Positions 17,937-28,421 of a stretch of 64,000 bases of DNA are shown here, piece after piece. The translations under genes were made by a program, and so were the position numbers. The stretch is from positions 32,001 through 96,000 of the forward strand of contig CAWDOD010000005.1 of the NCBI GenBank assembly GCA_963803805.1, read 5' to 3'. This stretch comes from an uncultured cyanobacterium (GTDB taxonomy: Bacteria; Cyanobacteriota; Cyanobacteriia; Cyanobacteriales; CAWCAG01). A model generated the notes under the pieces. It was not told the origin of the DNA, did not search any database, and saw nothing but the letters and a program-made list of their open reading frames with translations. Numbering within the stretch: position 1 is the stretch's first letter; each line of letters begins with the position of its first letter.

Positions 17937-20354
17937 TTGATTCAATCAGAAACACTCGCATTGTTAGAATGGCCCCGTTTATGCCAGCACCTAGCTACTT
18001 TTGCCTCTACTAAGCTGGGTGTTTTGGCTGCTGAAAACTTAGAACCTTTTGTAAGTCAAGAGGAAAGCCTAAAATTAATCGCTCAAACTCAAGAAATTTA
18101 TGAGTTAGAAATGCGCTTGTTACAAGGGTTATCTTTTGAAGGTATCGAAGATTTTGGTGACTCCCTAGAAAGGGCAAAGTTGGCAGGGATGCTTTCTGGA
18201 GATGAATTTCTCACTATTGCGACAACTTTAGGGGGAATGAGGCGCTTACGTCGCTTAATTGATGATCAACAAGCAGAAATTCCCCAACTAAAAGCCTTGG
18301 TTGCTCAACTACGTACCTATCCAGAATTTGAGCAGGAAATTCATCACTGTATTGATGAACGGGGACAAGTAAGTGATCGCGCTAGTGTTAAGTTAGGGGA
18401 AATTCGTGGGCAACTAAAAGCTTTACGAGAGCAGATTTATCACAAGCTCCAAAATATTATGCAGCGCCAAGGAGGAGCTTTACAACAACAGGTAGTTACC
18501 CAGAGGAGCGATCGCTTTGTCTTAGCGGTGAAAGCACCCCAAAAAGATGCTATTCCTGGTACTGTTCATGATACTTCTAGTACTGGGGCAACTTTGTATG
18601 TAGAACCAAGGAGTGTGGTTAATTTAGGTAATAAGCAGCGTCAATTACAGCGTCAAGAGAAGAAGGAAGAAGAAGTTGTTTTACGGCGGTTGACGGAGAA
18701 GATAAGAGAGATTCAAGAAGATTTAGAACATTTGTTGTTTGTGGCTACAACCTTGGATTTAACCGCAGCTAAAGCTCGTTACAGTTTGTGGTTAGAAGGA
18801 AACGTCCCAAAATTTGTGGATTGGCAACAAGGTGAAACTATTACCCTACGTAACCTCCGCCATCCTTTACTCGTTTGGCAACAAAAGCACGAACAAGGAA
18901 CAGAAGTGGTTCCTATTAATGTACAAATTCAACCGCAAATTAGAGTTGTGGCTATTACTGGACCAAATACTGGGGGCAAAACAGTAACCTTAAAAACCCT
19001 AGGTTTAACTGCATTAATGGCTAAAGCCGGTATTTTCATTCCTGCCACCGAACCGATAGAATTACCTTGGTTTGAGCAGGTTTTAGCGGATATTGGTGAT
19101 GAACAATCCTTGGAACAAAGTTTGTCTACTTTTTCTGGCCATATTCGCCGTATTATTCGAGTTATAGAAGCTATTGCAACTCAAAAAGATACCTTAACCC
19201 CTCAACCTTGTTTAGTCTTACTCGATGAAGTTGGGGCAGGAACAGATCCGGCGGAAGGAAGCGCTTTAGCGATCGCCCTCTTAAAATACTTGGCAGAACG
19301 AGTTCAGCTTACCATTGCTACAACTCATTATGGTGAACTCAAAGCTTTGAAGTATGAAGATGAGCGATTTGAGAATGCTTCGGTGGAATTTGATGATGTT
19401 AGTCTTTCTCCTACCTACCGCCTCTTATGGGGCATTCCTGGACGTTCCAATGCTTTAACCATTGCTCAGCGTTTAGGTTTAGATGGGGGGGTTGTGGAGA
19501 TAGCACAAAGTCTGATGGGAGGCGTTAATAGTGATGTCAATGAAGTTATCGCTGGCTTAGAAGCCCAAAGAAGGGAACAGGAAGAAAAGGCGCAACAAGC
19601 TAAGAAATTAGTGCAACAAGCAGAAAAGTTTTATGAGCAAATCTTAGCTAAAGCCCGTACTTTAGAAGCTAGGGAAAAAGAGTTAAAACTTGCTCAAGAA
19701 CAAGCTATCCAAAAGGTACTCACTGAAGCAAAAGAAGAAGTTGCCCAGGTAATTAGGGATTTACAGCAAAAACCCAAACTTGCTCAAAATGCCCAAAAAG
19801 CTACTGTAGCTTTAAATAAAATTGCTGAAACTAAGTTACCCAAACAAGAGAAAGCCAAACTTCCCAAACCTGGTTATCAGCCCCAAGTTGGTGAAAGAGT
19901 ACGCATTCCCCGTTTAGGACAAACTGCTGAGGTTTTAAGCTCTCCTGATAGCAATGGGGAATTAGCTGTCCGTTTTGGTTTGATGAAAATGAATGTTTCT
20001 TTGGGGGAAATTGAATCTTTAGATGGCAAGAAAGCAGAAGTTCCGACTAAACAAAAATCTTCTCCTACTTCCACCCAGGTAGCTAGCAAAAAAAATGCCC
20101 CGACAGTACGTACTTCCCAAAATACTATAGATATTCGTGGGGAAAGGGTAGCGGATGCGGAAAGGGAATTAGATGATAAAATCGCCTCTATTGCTGTTTC
20201 TGGTAATGTTGCTTGGATTATTCACGGGAAAGGTACTGGACGCTTACGCCAAGGAGTCCAGGAATTTCTGCGCCATCACCCTCAAGTAGAACGTTTTGAG
20301 TTAGCACCGCAAAATGAAGGGGGGGCGGGGGTAACTGTTGCTTACTTGAAATAG
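17937..20354 (+). CDS. mutS2: Endonuclease MutS2
   Basis: TGPNTGGKT, DIGDEQS, LDEVGAGTDP, TTHY; C-terminal Smr domain IIHGKGTG. Confidence 0.96.
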   Translation: MIQSETLALLEWPRLCQHLATFASTKLGVLAAENLEPFVSQEESLKLIAQTQEIYELEMRLLQGLSFEGIEDFGDSLERAKLAGMLSGDEFLTIATTLGGMRRLRRLIDDQQAEIPQLKALVAQLRTYPEFEQEIHHCIDERGQVSDRASVKLGEIRGQLKALREQIYHKLQNIMQRQGGALQQQVVTQRSDRFVLAVKAPQKDAIPGTVHDTSSTGATLYVEPRSVVNLGNKQRQLQRQEKKEEEVVLRRLTEKIREIQEDLEHLLFVATTLDLTAAKARYSLWLEGNVPKFVDWQQGETITLRNLRHPLLVWQQKHEQGTEVVPINVQIQPQIRVVAITGPNTGGKTVTLKTLGLTALMAKAGIFIPATEPIELPWFEQVLADIGDEQSLEQSLSTFSGHIRRIIRVIEAIATQKDTLTPQPCLVLLDEVGAGTDPAEGSALAIALLKYLAERVQLTIATTHYGELKALKYEDERFENASVEFDDVSLSPTYRLLWGIPGRSNALTIAQRLGLDGGVVEIAQSLMGGVNSDVNEVIAGLEAQRREQEEKAQQAKKLVQQAEKFYEQILAKARTLEAREKELKLAQEQAIQKVLTEAKEEVAQVIRDLQQKPKLAQNAQKATVALNKIAETKLPKQEKAKLPKPGYQPQVGERVRIPRLGQTAEVLSSPDSNGELAVRFGLMKMNVSLGEIESLDGKKAEVPTKQKSSPTSTQVASKKNAPTVRTSQNTIDIRGERVADAERELDDKIASIAVSGNVAWIIHGKGTGRLRQGVQEFLRHHPQVERFELAPQNEGGAGVTVAYLK

Positions 20355-20371
20355 AGAGTATAGCTTAGATC

Positions 20372-20436
20372 AGAAAGAAGACCGACGACTGGCCGTGTTT
20401 CGTCTCGGTCTTCTTAACTGGTTCGCTCCTCACACA
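20372..20436 (-). ncRNA. yfr2: Yfr2-family small RNA
   Basis: The minus strand reads GTGTGAGGAGCGAACCAGTT, then a long stem AAGAAGACCGA...TCGGTCTTCTT with GAAACACGG in the loop. It has its own sigma70 promoter. Confidence 0.72.
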
Positions 20437-20441
20437 TTTAT

Positions 20442-20470
20442 ATCTTAGACGAAGAGTCACCCGTTGTCAA
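20442..20470 (-). promoter_or_regulatory. Sigma70-type promoter of the sRNA
   Basis: TTGACA-17 nt-TAAGAT, ending 6 nt before GTGTGAGG. Confidence 0.75.
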
Positions 20471-20520
20471 AGCAATTTAATAATTATGGCCAATTTAACC
20501 ATGCTCATTACTAAATAGCT

Positions 20521-21399
20521 TCAAAGTTCCAACCTGGCAAAAGCTTCTCGATGCTTTTCTAGTAAGTGTTTGAGGACTATTTGTACTAACCAAAGTATAC
20601 CTAATCTCCCTTGAGCTAATAGAAGGTTCGTTTCTTTTACTTCCCCCCAAATACGGCAGTAGCGATGAAAAGCCAACATACACTCACTTAAATGAGTCGC
20701 CGACTTGAACCAATTAGAGTCAGCCTGGACAGTTATAATTAATTGCTCAATTAACCTTCGCTCTGCTGTATCGGTTAGCCTCAAATGACCCTGACGATCT
20801 AACCAAGGAATTGGCAAAGGTTCTAGCCATTCTCCATGAGGGCTGATTTTAATTAAACCCTGACGACTTCCTAAATGTAGTAGAGAATGACAGCGACTAT
20901 AGGCATACTCAAGAGGGAAAAGACTAACTTGCTCCTTTGCCTTATTTAATTCTAGGGTGGGTAAAAGTTGAGGTAAATTATCTAACCACAAAACTAATCC
21001 TCTCTCCTCTAGATAAAAATCCAACCATCCTGGTTCAATTACTCGAATAACAAAATCCAAACTAGGTTGCTTTGGGAATATTTCCCTTTCTTGAGATAGA
21101 AATTGAGCTAACTGGCAAGCAACCTCTAGAGTTGATAAATTGCTAGTATTAGCTAACTTAAAGGCGATCGCGCAACGATAAACAATACCCCAAGAATTCA
21201 ACCTTTGGGCAGGAATTTTTTTCAGTGTGAGTCCAGATAAGGGATAATTGAGGGTTACAGTAGGCTCACGCCATTGTGACCACTTCTCCAAAACCCATAA
21301 CAACTTCTCCTGTAACAAGTGATCCAAAAGGCAACTTTTTAATACAACCCTTAAAGGAAAACACCGCAAGGTAGTATTTTTTGTTACTTTATATTCCAT
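20521..21399 (-). CDS. DALR anticodon-binding domain protein (ArgRS-like, non-catalytic)
   Basis: YRCAIAFKL, PGWLDF, EYAYSRCHSLL, FHRYCRIWG...GRLGIL. Start uncertain. Confidence 0.7.
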   Translation of the reverse strand: MEYKVTKNTTLRCFPLRVVLKSCLLDHLLQEKLLWVLEKWSQWREPTVTLNYPLSGLTLKKIPAQRLNSWGIVYRCAIAFKLANTSNLSTLEVACQLAQFLSQEREIFPKQPSLDFVIRVIEPGWLDFYLEERGLVLWLDNLPQLLPTLELNKAKEQVSLFPLEYAYSRCHSLLHLGSRQGLIKISPHGEWLEPLPIPWLDRQGHLRLTDTAERRLIEQLIITVQADSNWFKSATHLSECMLAFHRYCRIWGEVKETNLLLAQGRLGILWLVQIVLKHLLEKHREAFARLEL

Positions 21400-21442
21400 A
21401 GAAAATATCTGATAAGCTGTTATTTCAGCTAAATTTCTACTT

Positions 21443-22123
21443 ATGCATTCTTCGACTAAGCCACCAGAAGCATCTCGTAACTTTTCAACCTGGCAACACA
21501 TTTTTAACTGGGCGCAGGCTCATTACCGAGATAGAAGTTTCACCAAAGACGAGCAGATACCTGCCCGTCCAGGACTACTATACTTAGTAGAAAAGGGTGC
21601 TATTCGCCTAGTGGGAACAGCTAATGACAGCGATAGTAAAAACACCCAAAACCAAAAGTTTGAAGAAGCTTTTTTAGGTTTTGTGGGTGTTAGCCAACCC
21701 TTTGAAATTGTTACCCATTCCCCTTTTACCTTGCAAGCTTATGCCCATGTTGATCAAACTAAAGTAGTTTGGATGTATTGGCACGATTTGGATAATTGGC
21801 CCGAATTTCGCCGGGAAGTTTTAGATGCTTTTCGTTATCAACATCAGCGTAAACTTTTGTGGTTAAGTACCCTGGGACAAAGAAGAACCATTGACCGACT
21901 ATTAGGATTCATTACTCTCTTGGTAGAAGAATATGGCGAATCTAGAGAACACGGCTACTGCTTGCCTTATCCTTTAACCCACGCTCAAATAGGTAGCGCC
22001 ATCGGTTCTACTCGTGTCACTGTAACCCGTTTAATGGGTAAACTGCGACAACAAGGTTTAATTGCCGTAGAAGGGGATAACTTAATTTGTTTGCCTTCTG
22101 TTTATGTTCCTTCAGAAAACTAA
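21443..22123 (+). CDS. Crp/Fnr family transcriptional regulator
   Basis: C-terminal HTH LTHAQIGSAIGSTRVTVTRLMG. Confidence 0.9.
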   Translation: MHSSTKPPEASRNFSTWQHIFNWAQAHYRDRSFTKDEQIPARPGLLYLVEKGAIRLVGTANDSDSKNTQNQKFEEAFLGFVGVSQPFEIVTHSPFTLQAYAHVDQTKVVWMYWHDLDNWPEFRREVLDAFRYQHQRKLLWLSTLGQRRTIDRLLGFITLLVEEYGESREHGYCLPYPLTHAQIGSAIGSTRVTVTRLMGKLRQQGLIAVEGDNLICLPSVYVPSEN

Positions 22124-22168
22124 ATCTTTAATCATTAAAGTTCCTATCTTACTTACTCAATACTTCCT

Positions 22169-23230
22169 ATGTCTTCAGTAGATACTCAAACAAGCTCTTC
22201 TGAAATCTTAACTGAGTCAGAACGTAGTTTACCTGTCACCATTGTTACTGGTTTTTTGGGTAGCGGTAAAACAACTTTACTCAACCACATTTTAACTAAC
22301 CAGCAAGGGGTAAAAACGGCAGTTCTAGTTAATGAATTTGGTGAAATTGGTATTGATAATGAGCTAATCATCAGTACCGAAGATGATATGGTAGAACTCA
22401 ATAATGGCTGTGTTTGCTGCACTATCAACAATGATTTAGTTGATGCTGTTTATAAGCTTCTTGAACGTAAAGAAGAAATAGATTATATCGTTGTGGAAAC
22501 CACTGGTTTAGCAGATCCTTTACCTGTTGCCCTAAGTTTCTTGGGTACGGAGTTGCGAGATATGACTCGCCTTGATTCCATAGTCACTATGGTGGATGCA
22601 GAGAACTTTAGTTTAGATCAATTTGAGAGTGAAGCAGCTTACAATCAAATCGCCTATGGAGACGTAATTCTCCTCAACAAAACGGATTTAGTTGATGAAG
22701 GGGATGTTGACTCTTTAGAGTTAAAAATTAGGGACATTAAAACTGATGCCAGAATCATCCGCACCCAAAAAGCTCAAGTCTCTTTGCCCTTGATTCTAAG
22801 TGTTGGTCTTTTTGAATCTGACCATTATTTCCAAGAAATGAAAGAGGATCACAAACATAATCACGATCATAATCATGAACATCATGATCACGATCACCAC
22901 TCCCATCACCTAGAAAATGATGGCTTTACCTCTCTTTCTTTTGAGAGTGATAAACCTTTTTCTTTGAGAAAATTCCAGCACTTTCTTGATAACCAAATTC
23001 CTGTAAATGTTTTTCGTGCCAAAGGTATTCTTTGGTTCCAAGAAAGCCCCCATCGTCATATCTTTCATTTGAGTGGTAAGCGTTTTACCATTGAAGATGA
23101 AGAACAAATCGAAAATCCCAAAAACCAAATTGTCTTAATTGGGCAAAATTTGGATATTGATCGCCTGCGAAAACAGTTAGAAGATTGTTTAACATTGCCT
23201 TCTAAAAGTCGTGGCAAAGGTTTTGGTTGA
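22169..23230 (+). CDS. CobW/COG0523 metallochaperone GTPase
   Basis: GFLGSGKTT, NEFGE, GCVCC, ETTGLADP, His-rich insert. Confidence 0.92.
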   Translation: MSSVDTQTSSSEILTESERSLPVTIVTGFLGSGKTTLLNHILTNQQGVKTAVLVNEFGEIGIDNELIISTEDDMVELNNGCVCCTINNDLVDAVYKLLERKEEIDYIVVETTGLADPLPVALSFLGTELRDMTRLDSIVTMVDAENFSLDQFESEAAYNQIAYGDVILLNKTDLVDEGDVDSLELKIRDIKTDARIIRTQKAQVSLPLILSVGLFESDHYFQEMKEDHKHNHDHNHEHHDHDHHSHHLENDGFTSLSFESDKPFSLRKFQHFLDNQIPVNVFRAKGILWFQESPHRHIFHLSGKRFTIEDEEQIENPKNQIVLIGQNLDIDRLRKQLEDCLTLPSKSRGKGFG

Positions 23231-23334
23231 ATGGCGATCGCCAGCTAGGGGGTCAGGAAACTGGGGCATAATAATACTATTCTCTACCAACTTTATCGCC
23301 ATTAGCCATTAGCAACTAGCTATTAGCAAACCTC

Positions 23335-23817
23335 ATGCGCGTTTTAATCCAGCGAGTTACTTCTTCCCAGGTAGAGGTAGACGGAAAAATCATCGGTCAA
23401 ATTGGGCAGGGGCTAAATCTTTTCGTGGGGATTGCCCATACAGATACCGAAGCCGAATTAGACTGGATGGCTAAAAAATGTTTAGATTTACGCCTTTTTC
23501 CTAACTTTGAACTAAGGGGCGATCGCCCTGAACTCTCAGTTAAAGATATCAAAGGAGAATTACTAGTCGTAAGTCAATTTACACTCTACGGCGACTGTCG
23601 CAAAGGTCGTCGTCCCTCCTTTAGCGCTGCTGCCCCTCCAGGGATAGCAAAAAAACTTTATGAGGAATTTGTAATGAAGTTAAAAGAAAGTAACTTAAAG
23701 GTCGAAACAGGTCAATTTGGAGCCATGATGCAAGTGACTATTAACAACGATGGCCCAGTGACTTTATGGTTGGAAAGAGAAGCAGTTTCGGGTCAAAAGT
23801 CATTAGCGATAAGCTAG
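23335..23817 (+). CDS. dtd: D-aminoacyl-tRNA deacylase (DTD1 type)
   Basis: [19 protein letters not shown]. Confidence 0.95.
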   Translation: MRVLIQRVTSSQVEVDGKIIGQIGQGLNLFVGIAHTDTEAELDWMAKKCLDLRLFPNFELRGDRPELSVKDIKGELLVVSQFTLYGDCRKGRRPSFSAAAPPGIAKKLYEEFVMKLKESNLKVETGQFGAMMQVTINNDGPVTLWLEREAVSGQKSLAIS

Positions 23818-23986
23818 TTGCTAATTGCTAATTGCTAGTCGCTAGTCGCTAAAATCTTAAACTTCAGAATTATGTTTTTATCACCAATTCTTGTTGTATA
23901 AGTGAGAAAATAGGCAGTTTTTGTGGTTTGAAAAGTGATTTAAAGCCTAGAAATTTTGCACTTCTATCTTTGGATATATCATTCTT

Positions 23987-24271
23987 GTGACAATTCTTTT
24001 CCAAGAACGAAGGTTTAATCAACTGGAATTAAGGAGCCGTAGATGGCCCTTTATTCCCCCTAGAAAGGTTGGAAGAGAGGGAGTTGACTATAGAGACAGA
24101 CCCATCAAAGACGATGTACCCAGATTTCAACAAGAGAGAGGCTTTCCATGGTATCAAAGAAAGTATCGGCGTTTGGTGGTGCGCTGGGAACGCTTGCCAA
24201 AAGTATTTGATGGTTTCTTGGCTTTAGCCACTATTCATCTGTGGATTACTAAAATTATCTTAGTGGGATAG
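23987..24271 (+). pseudogene. IS5-family transposase C-terminal remnant
   Basis: VPRFQQER...WYQRKYRRLVVRWER...IILVG. No matching left TIR found. Confidence 0.75.
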
Positions 24272-24450
24272 GTTTATGGCTAGCTAACCAAATAAGCCAA
24301 TGGTGCGGTGTAGAGATTACAAAAGTTGCTACTGAGCGCACAATTTAAAGGTTGCAAAATATTATAAAAAAATCTTTTTTTAAGCTGTTTTTCTATTCTC
24401 AAAGCACCTTACAATTGATCACTGCTATCTTTACGAATAACTGGTGAGCA

Positions 24451-25575
24451 ATGGTAAATGGTATTAGTTCTAGGGGTGAGGTAATTATTGTCGGTGGTGG
24501 CGTTATTGGGCTTTCTATCGCCATTGAACTAAAATTGCGGGGTGCTGGTGTCACAGTCCTCAGCCGCAGCTTCCAAGAAGCCACAGGTCATGTTGCGGCG
24601 GGAATGCTTGCCCCCCAAGCGGAACAAATTCCCCCTAGTCCGATGTTAGAATTGTGCGATTCCAGTCTTTCCATTTACAAAGATTGGACAGGAAAGTTAG
24701 AAAGTATCACAGGATTAGATACAGGTTACTGGAATTGCGGTATTCTCGCTCCTGTTTACCAGGAAGACTCGCCTACTAACACCCTCACAGATTCTCCCTC
24801 TCGCCAATGGCTTAATCAAGAGGCAATTACTCAACGCCAACCTAACTTAGGGGCAGATGTAATCGGGGGTTGGTGGTATCCCCAAGATGGACAGGTTGAT
24901 AATCGTCGTGCCTTAATGAAAGTGCTAAGGGTTGCAACTCAAGAATTAGGAGTTAATTGGCACGAAGGAGTCGAAGTAAAAGAAATTCTCCATTCTCCCC
25001 GCAAAGAAGTTGTCGCCCTCAAAACCAATCGAGGTATGATTCAAGGTTCTCATTATATTGTCGCTACAGGAGCTTGGAGTCAACAACTTTTACCAATACC
25101 TGTTTATGCCAAAAAAGGGCAGATGCTTTCGGTTAAAGTTCCCCCAGGAAAAGAGAAACTCCCCTTAAAACAAATACTATTTGGGCAGCAAATTTATATC
25201 GTCCCGCGTCGAGATGGTTTAATTGTCATCGGGGCTACCTCAGAAAATGTTGGTTTTACTCCCCACAATACTCCATCAGGAATTCAACAATTACTTACCC
25301 AAGCCACTCGCCTTTATCCCCTCCTAGATAATTTCCCTATCCAAGAATTTTGGTGGGGATATCGCCCTGCCACCCCGGACGAATTGCCTATCTTAGGTAC
25401 TAGCCCTTGGCCAAACCTAACCCTAGCAACAGGACATTACCGCAATGGTATTCTCCTTGCTCCTATTACAGCAAGTTTAATAACTGACTTAGTTTGGCAA
25501 CAAAAAATTGACCCTTTATTAACTAACTTCCGTTGGGATCGTTTTGAGCTTAATGATTGCTTAGATTTTCCCTAA
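24451..25575 (+). CDS. thiO: Glycine oxidase
   Basis: GGGVIG, AAGMLAP, GYRP, GHYRNGILLAP. Confidence 0.9.
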   Translation: MVNGISSRGEVIIVGGGVIGLSIAIELKLRGAGVTVLSRSFQEATGHVAAGMLAPQAEQIPPSPMLELCDSSLSIYKDWTGKLESITGLDTGYWNCGILAPVYQEDSPTNTLTDSPSRQWLNQEAITQRQPNLGADVIGGWWYPQDGQVDNRRALMKVLRVATQELGVNWHEGVEVKEILHSPRKEVVALKTNRGMIQGSHYIVATGAWSQQLLPIPVYAKKGQMLSVKVPPGKEKLPLKQILFGQQIYIVPRRDGLIVIGATSENVGFTPHNTPSGIQQLLTQATRLYPLLDNFPIQEFWWGYRPATPDELPILGTSPWPNLTLATGHYRNGILLAPITASLITDLVWQQKIDPLLTNFRWDRFELNDCLDFP

Positions 25576-25632
25576 TTCCTATGATGGAGAGAAAAGTAAT
25601 CCTCCAGAAGGATTTTTCTTAATATCCACTGA

Positions 25633-26022
25633 ATGCACGAGATTATGCCTACGCCATTAGAGTCAAAAGAACAACAAATCAAGGTTATCGAAGCCCATGC
25701 AGATTACTTTGGTGCGATCGCCTATAAAGGTTACACCGAAGCAAAAGAAAAAGGCACTCTGATTATTCTGAGGCAATTGGAGCAAAATCTTGAAACCTTA
25801 GAAAACTGGCAACTCAAGTTTAAGACTATGACTACCATCCCCTTAACCATTAGCGATTGGAAAGAAGCGGGTTTACAAGAATTGCTAATTAAATACAATC
25901 CTGAAGTTTCGGTAATTTGTACTTTTCTCTATCCTAATGGGGCCCATGCCAGTTATCATTTCACTACCCAATCTCCCCCTCCTATACTATTGCAAGGACT
26001 ATTAAAAGGAAAAACCAATTAG
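25633..26022 (+). CDS. Hypothetical protein
   Basis: 129-aa ORF containing a HIP1 site. No motif recognised. Confidence 0.65.
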   Translation: MHEIMPTPLESKEQQIKVIEAHADYFGAIAYKGYTEAKEKGTLIILRQLEQNLETLENWQLKFKTMTTIPLTISDWKEAGLQELLIKYNPEVSVICTFLYPNGAHASYHFTTQSPPPILLQGLLKGKTN

Positions 26023-26047
26023 TGTAAGCTTGGATTCTAGAAAAGAG

Positions 26048-26377
26048 TTAGTTAGATTCAGTTTGTTTTGCAAGCCAATTTAAGTAGGGTTGGGAACCCG
26101 CCACAATAGGTATAGCGATAATTTCTGGAACTTCGTAGGAATGGATAGCAAGAACCTTTTCCTCTATCTTCTTAAATTTATGCAAATGGGTTTTAATCGT
26201 TAATTGCCATTCGCACTCATTATGAACTTCCCCTTGCCAGGTATAAAGGGAGCGAATGGGGGTAATGCTTACGCAGGCAGCTAACTTATTGGCAACCAGG
26301 GAGGTAGCGATGCTATCAGCTTCTTCCTGGCTAGAAGTTGTTACCAACACAAGTCCGTAACCTTCAACATTCAACAT
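26048..26377 (-). CDS. cutA: Divalent-cation tolerance protein
   Basis: LAACV, SLYTWQG, HSYEVPEII. Confidence 0.93.
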   Translation of the reverse strand: MLNVEGYGLVLVTTSSQEEADSIATSLVANKLAACVSITPIRSLYTWQGEVHNECEWQLTIKTHLHKFKKIEEKVLAIHSYEVPEIIAIPIVAGSQPYLNWLAKQTESN

Positions 26378-26402
26378 TTGTCAATGCCTAATTCTGCCTT
26401 GG

Positions 26403-27332
26403 TCAAACTTTATAAACCTGACCATCAATGAGCAGTAAATTAATACCTTTAGCCTGTAAATAGGGACTAGTTTTTTGGAACATAGCACCATCGGGAACTT
26501 TAATTACCCGTTGAGAGCGATTAGAAAAACGCCTTGCTACTCGATGATTATCAAAGACAGGTAGAGTTCTTTGTTGTACTTCCTCTTTGGGAATGTGACC
26601 AAGATCCCTGAATTCTTTGAGAGGACGAGTAATCAATTCAGCAGCCCTATCTATAACCACATAACAGGTTTTTGGTAAAGCAGCTTCGGAAATAGGGAAG
26701 ATGCTAACGTCTGTTGAGCGGGGGTGAGGTTGATAAATGGTTTCATCATCATCATCATCATCATCATCGTCATCATCCCAATCGTCATCATCATCAGAGA
26801 TATCTTCCCCTAACATTTCTCCGAGAACAGCTAAATCACCATGTTCATCATCATCTTCATCTTCATCTTCTTCTTCATGCTCCTCAACAAAGACAGGTAA
26901 TTTGAGCTGAGTTTGGGGAATAGGCTCTTGTTCTTCTTCTTCTAAAGAAGAACGTCGTCGGCGACGGCGCAGAGAACTGGCTGGTTTTTCTTCAGCTAAT
27001 ATTGGCTCCTGTTTTGGTTTAAGTGTGATTTTCTCTAGTTGAAGCGGTTTTTCTTCCTCATTAGTTTCTGAAGAATCAGTATCCGGTTGAGACGGTTTTT
27101 CTTCCTCATCAGTTTTTGGAGAATCATTATCTCGATTAGGAGTACGACTTAAGCGTTTTTGCTGAATCAACTCTTCATATTCAGATTCTGATAGCCTACT
27201 TTTAAGAAAACGGCTAATGGTTGAACTACTCACACCATAGCGTTCTGCTAGGGTTGAAGTAGTCTCTCCTGTATCTCTATACAGGTTGAGAATTTCATTT
27301 CTGTTAGTATCAGTAAGTTTTCTTGGACTCAT
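26403..27332 (-). CDS. Conserved cyanobacterial HTH protein with long acidic linker
   Basis: N-terminal HTH (LAERYGVSSSTISR), poly-Asp from a GAT repeat at about 26744-26795, and a globular C-terminal domain. Confidence 0.75.
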   Translation of the reverse strand: MSPRKLTDTNRNEILNLYRDTGETTSTLAERYGVSSSTISRFLKSRLSESEYEELIQQKRLSRTPNRDNDSPKTDEEEKPSQPDTDSSETNEEEKPLQLEKITLKPKQEPILAEEKPASSLRRRRRRSSLEEEEQEPIPQTQLKLPVFVEEHEEEDEDEDDDEHGDLAVLGEMLGEDISDDDDDWDDDDDDDDDDDETIYQPHPRSTDVSIFPISEAALPKTCYVVIDRAAELITRPLKEFRDLGHIPKEEVQQRTLPVFDNHRVARRFSNRSQRVIKVPDGAMFQKTSPYLQAKGINLLLIDGQVYKV

Positions 27333-27343
27333 GCTATCTCCAC

Positions 27344-28378
27344 TTAGCCCCGTTTACGCCTACCTCGACCACCTCGACGAGAACGGCTCGATATATCATA
27401 TTCTAGGGCCGCTCCGATAGCAAATAACACAGCACTAAAGATATAAAATACCTCTAGTAAACTGCCACTTTCATAGTCAGGCAGGGTAGCAGTATATTTG
27501 AACCACATATCAGCTATGTATAAAGCTAGAGTTGCTGCTGCTATAGTACGCCAGGACTGGGAGAAACGGCCACCCCAGAAAGCCAGTAGTAGAGTTGTCG
27601 CAACAATCAATAAAAATACATCTGCCACTATATAAAATAGGTTGACTGGTCTAGATAACTTTTCTAAGGAGTCATTGAGGGATTGAACCCAGACAGGAGC
27701 GCTAGATTCTGACTCTGCTTCCTCGTCTAAAACTGGGGTAGGAGAAGGAGGTGTCGTTGGAGTTGTTGGAGAAATACTAGGGGATGGTGCAGGTTGTTGT
27801 GCTTGTACAAGAAATTGCTGAGTTGCTTTAGCACTCCACCCATGTACTTCAATTGCTTCTGCTGGAGCAGCTAAAGTAATTAAAGTAGCAAAAGCGATCC
27901 CTACCACAGCTATTCCGGCTACAGTTAACCACTGCCACCTTTCTAAATTTAAGCGCCGAGGCAGTACAGCCAAGATCATACCCCAACTAATGAAAATGTA
28001 AAAAGCTATGTAGAACAAATCGGCAGGAGAAACATCGGGATCAAGATTCCAGCGTAATTCCCACCAACCAAAGAGTAAGTTCCCGACTAAATAACAAGCC
28101 ATAGCCAAACCTATGCCTAACCAGACATTTCTACCACTGGCAATTTGAGGACTGCGCCAATTACGAAAACATAGTATGGTGGCCGCTAAAAAAGGTATAC
28201 ACTCCAAGATATATGTACCAAACAAATACCAGAAGGGACTATCTTGATCAGGAACGGGAGTGCTAAATAATAAAAAGAACAATAACGAGAAAATTGCCCA
28301 AGCGATACCCGCATAAACTATATTTTGACCGCTCGCGAGTTCTTGTAACCCTGATATTTTTTTGGCAGAGCGTCTCAT
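27344..28378 (-). CDS. Multi-pass membrane protein of unknown function
   Basis: Several hydrophobic segments and a Pro/Thr-rich loop. Apparently operonic with its neighbours. Confidence 0.75.
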   Translation of the reverse strand: MRRSAKKISGLQELASGQNIVYAGIAWAIFSLLFFLLFSTPVPDQDSPFWYLFGTYILECIPFLAATILCFRNWRSPQIASGRNVWLGIGLAMACYLVGNLLFGWWELRWNLDPDVSPADLFYIAFYIFISWGMILAVLPRRLNLERWQWLTVAGIAVVGIAFATLITLAAPAEAIEVHGWSAKATQQFLVQAQQPAPSPSISPTTPTTPPSPTPVLDEEAESESSAPVWVQSLNDSLEKLSRPVNLFYIVADVFLLIVATTLLLAFWGGRFSQSWRTIAAATLALYIADMWFKYTATLPDYESGSLLEVFYIFSAVLFAIGAALEYDISSRSRRGGRGRRKRG

Positions 28379-28421
28379 AAGACTTCACAAAGATGCAAAT
28401 TAAGGAAAAAGCTAGGTTGGA

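Noticed and set aside
20424-20435. Yfr1-like motif (G)CTCCTCACAC on the plus strand
   Set aside because: No downstream terminator hairpin. The promoter and hairpin fit a minus-strand Yfr2-type RNA instead.
26714-26905. His-rich 63-aa ORF
   Set aside because: It is the antisense reading of the GAT (poly-Asp) repeat in the HTH protein.
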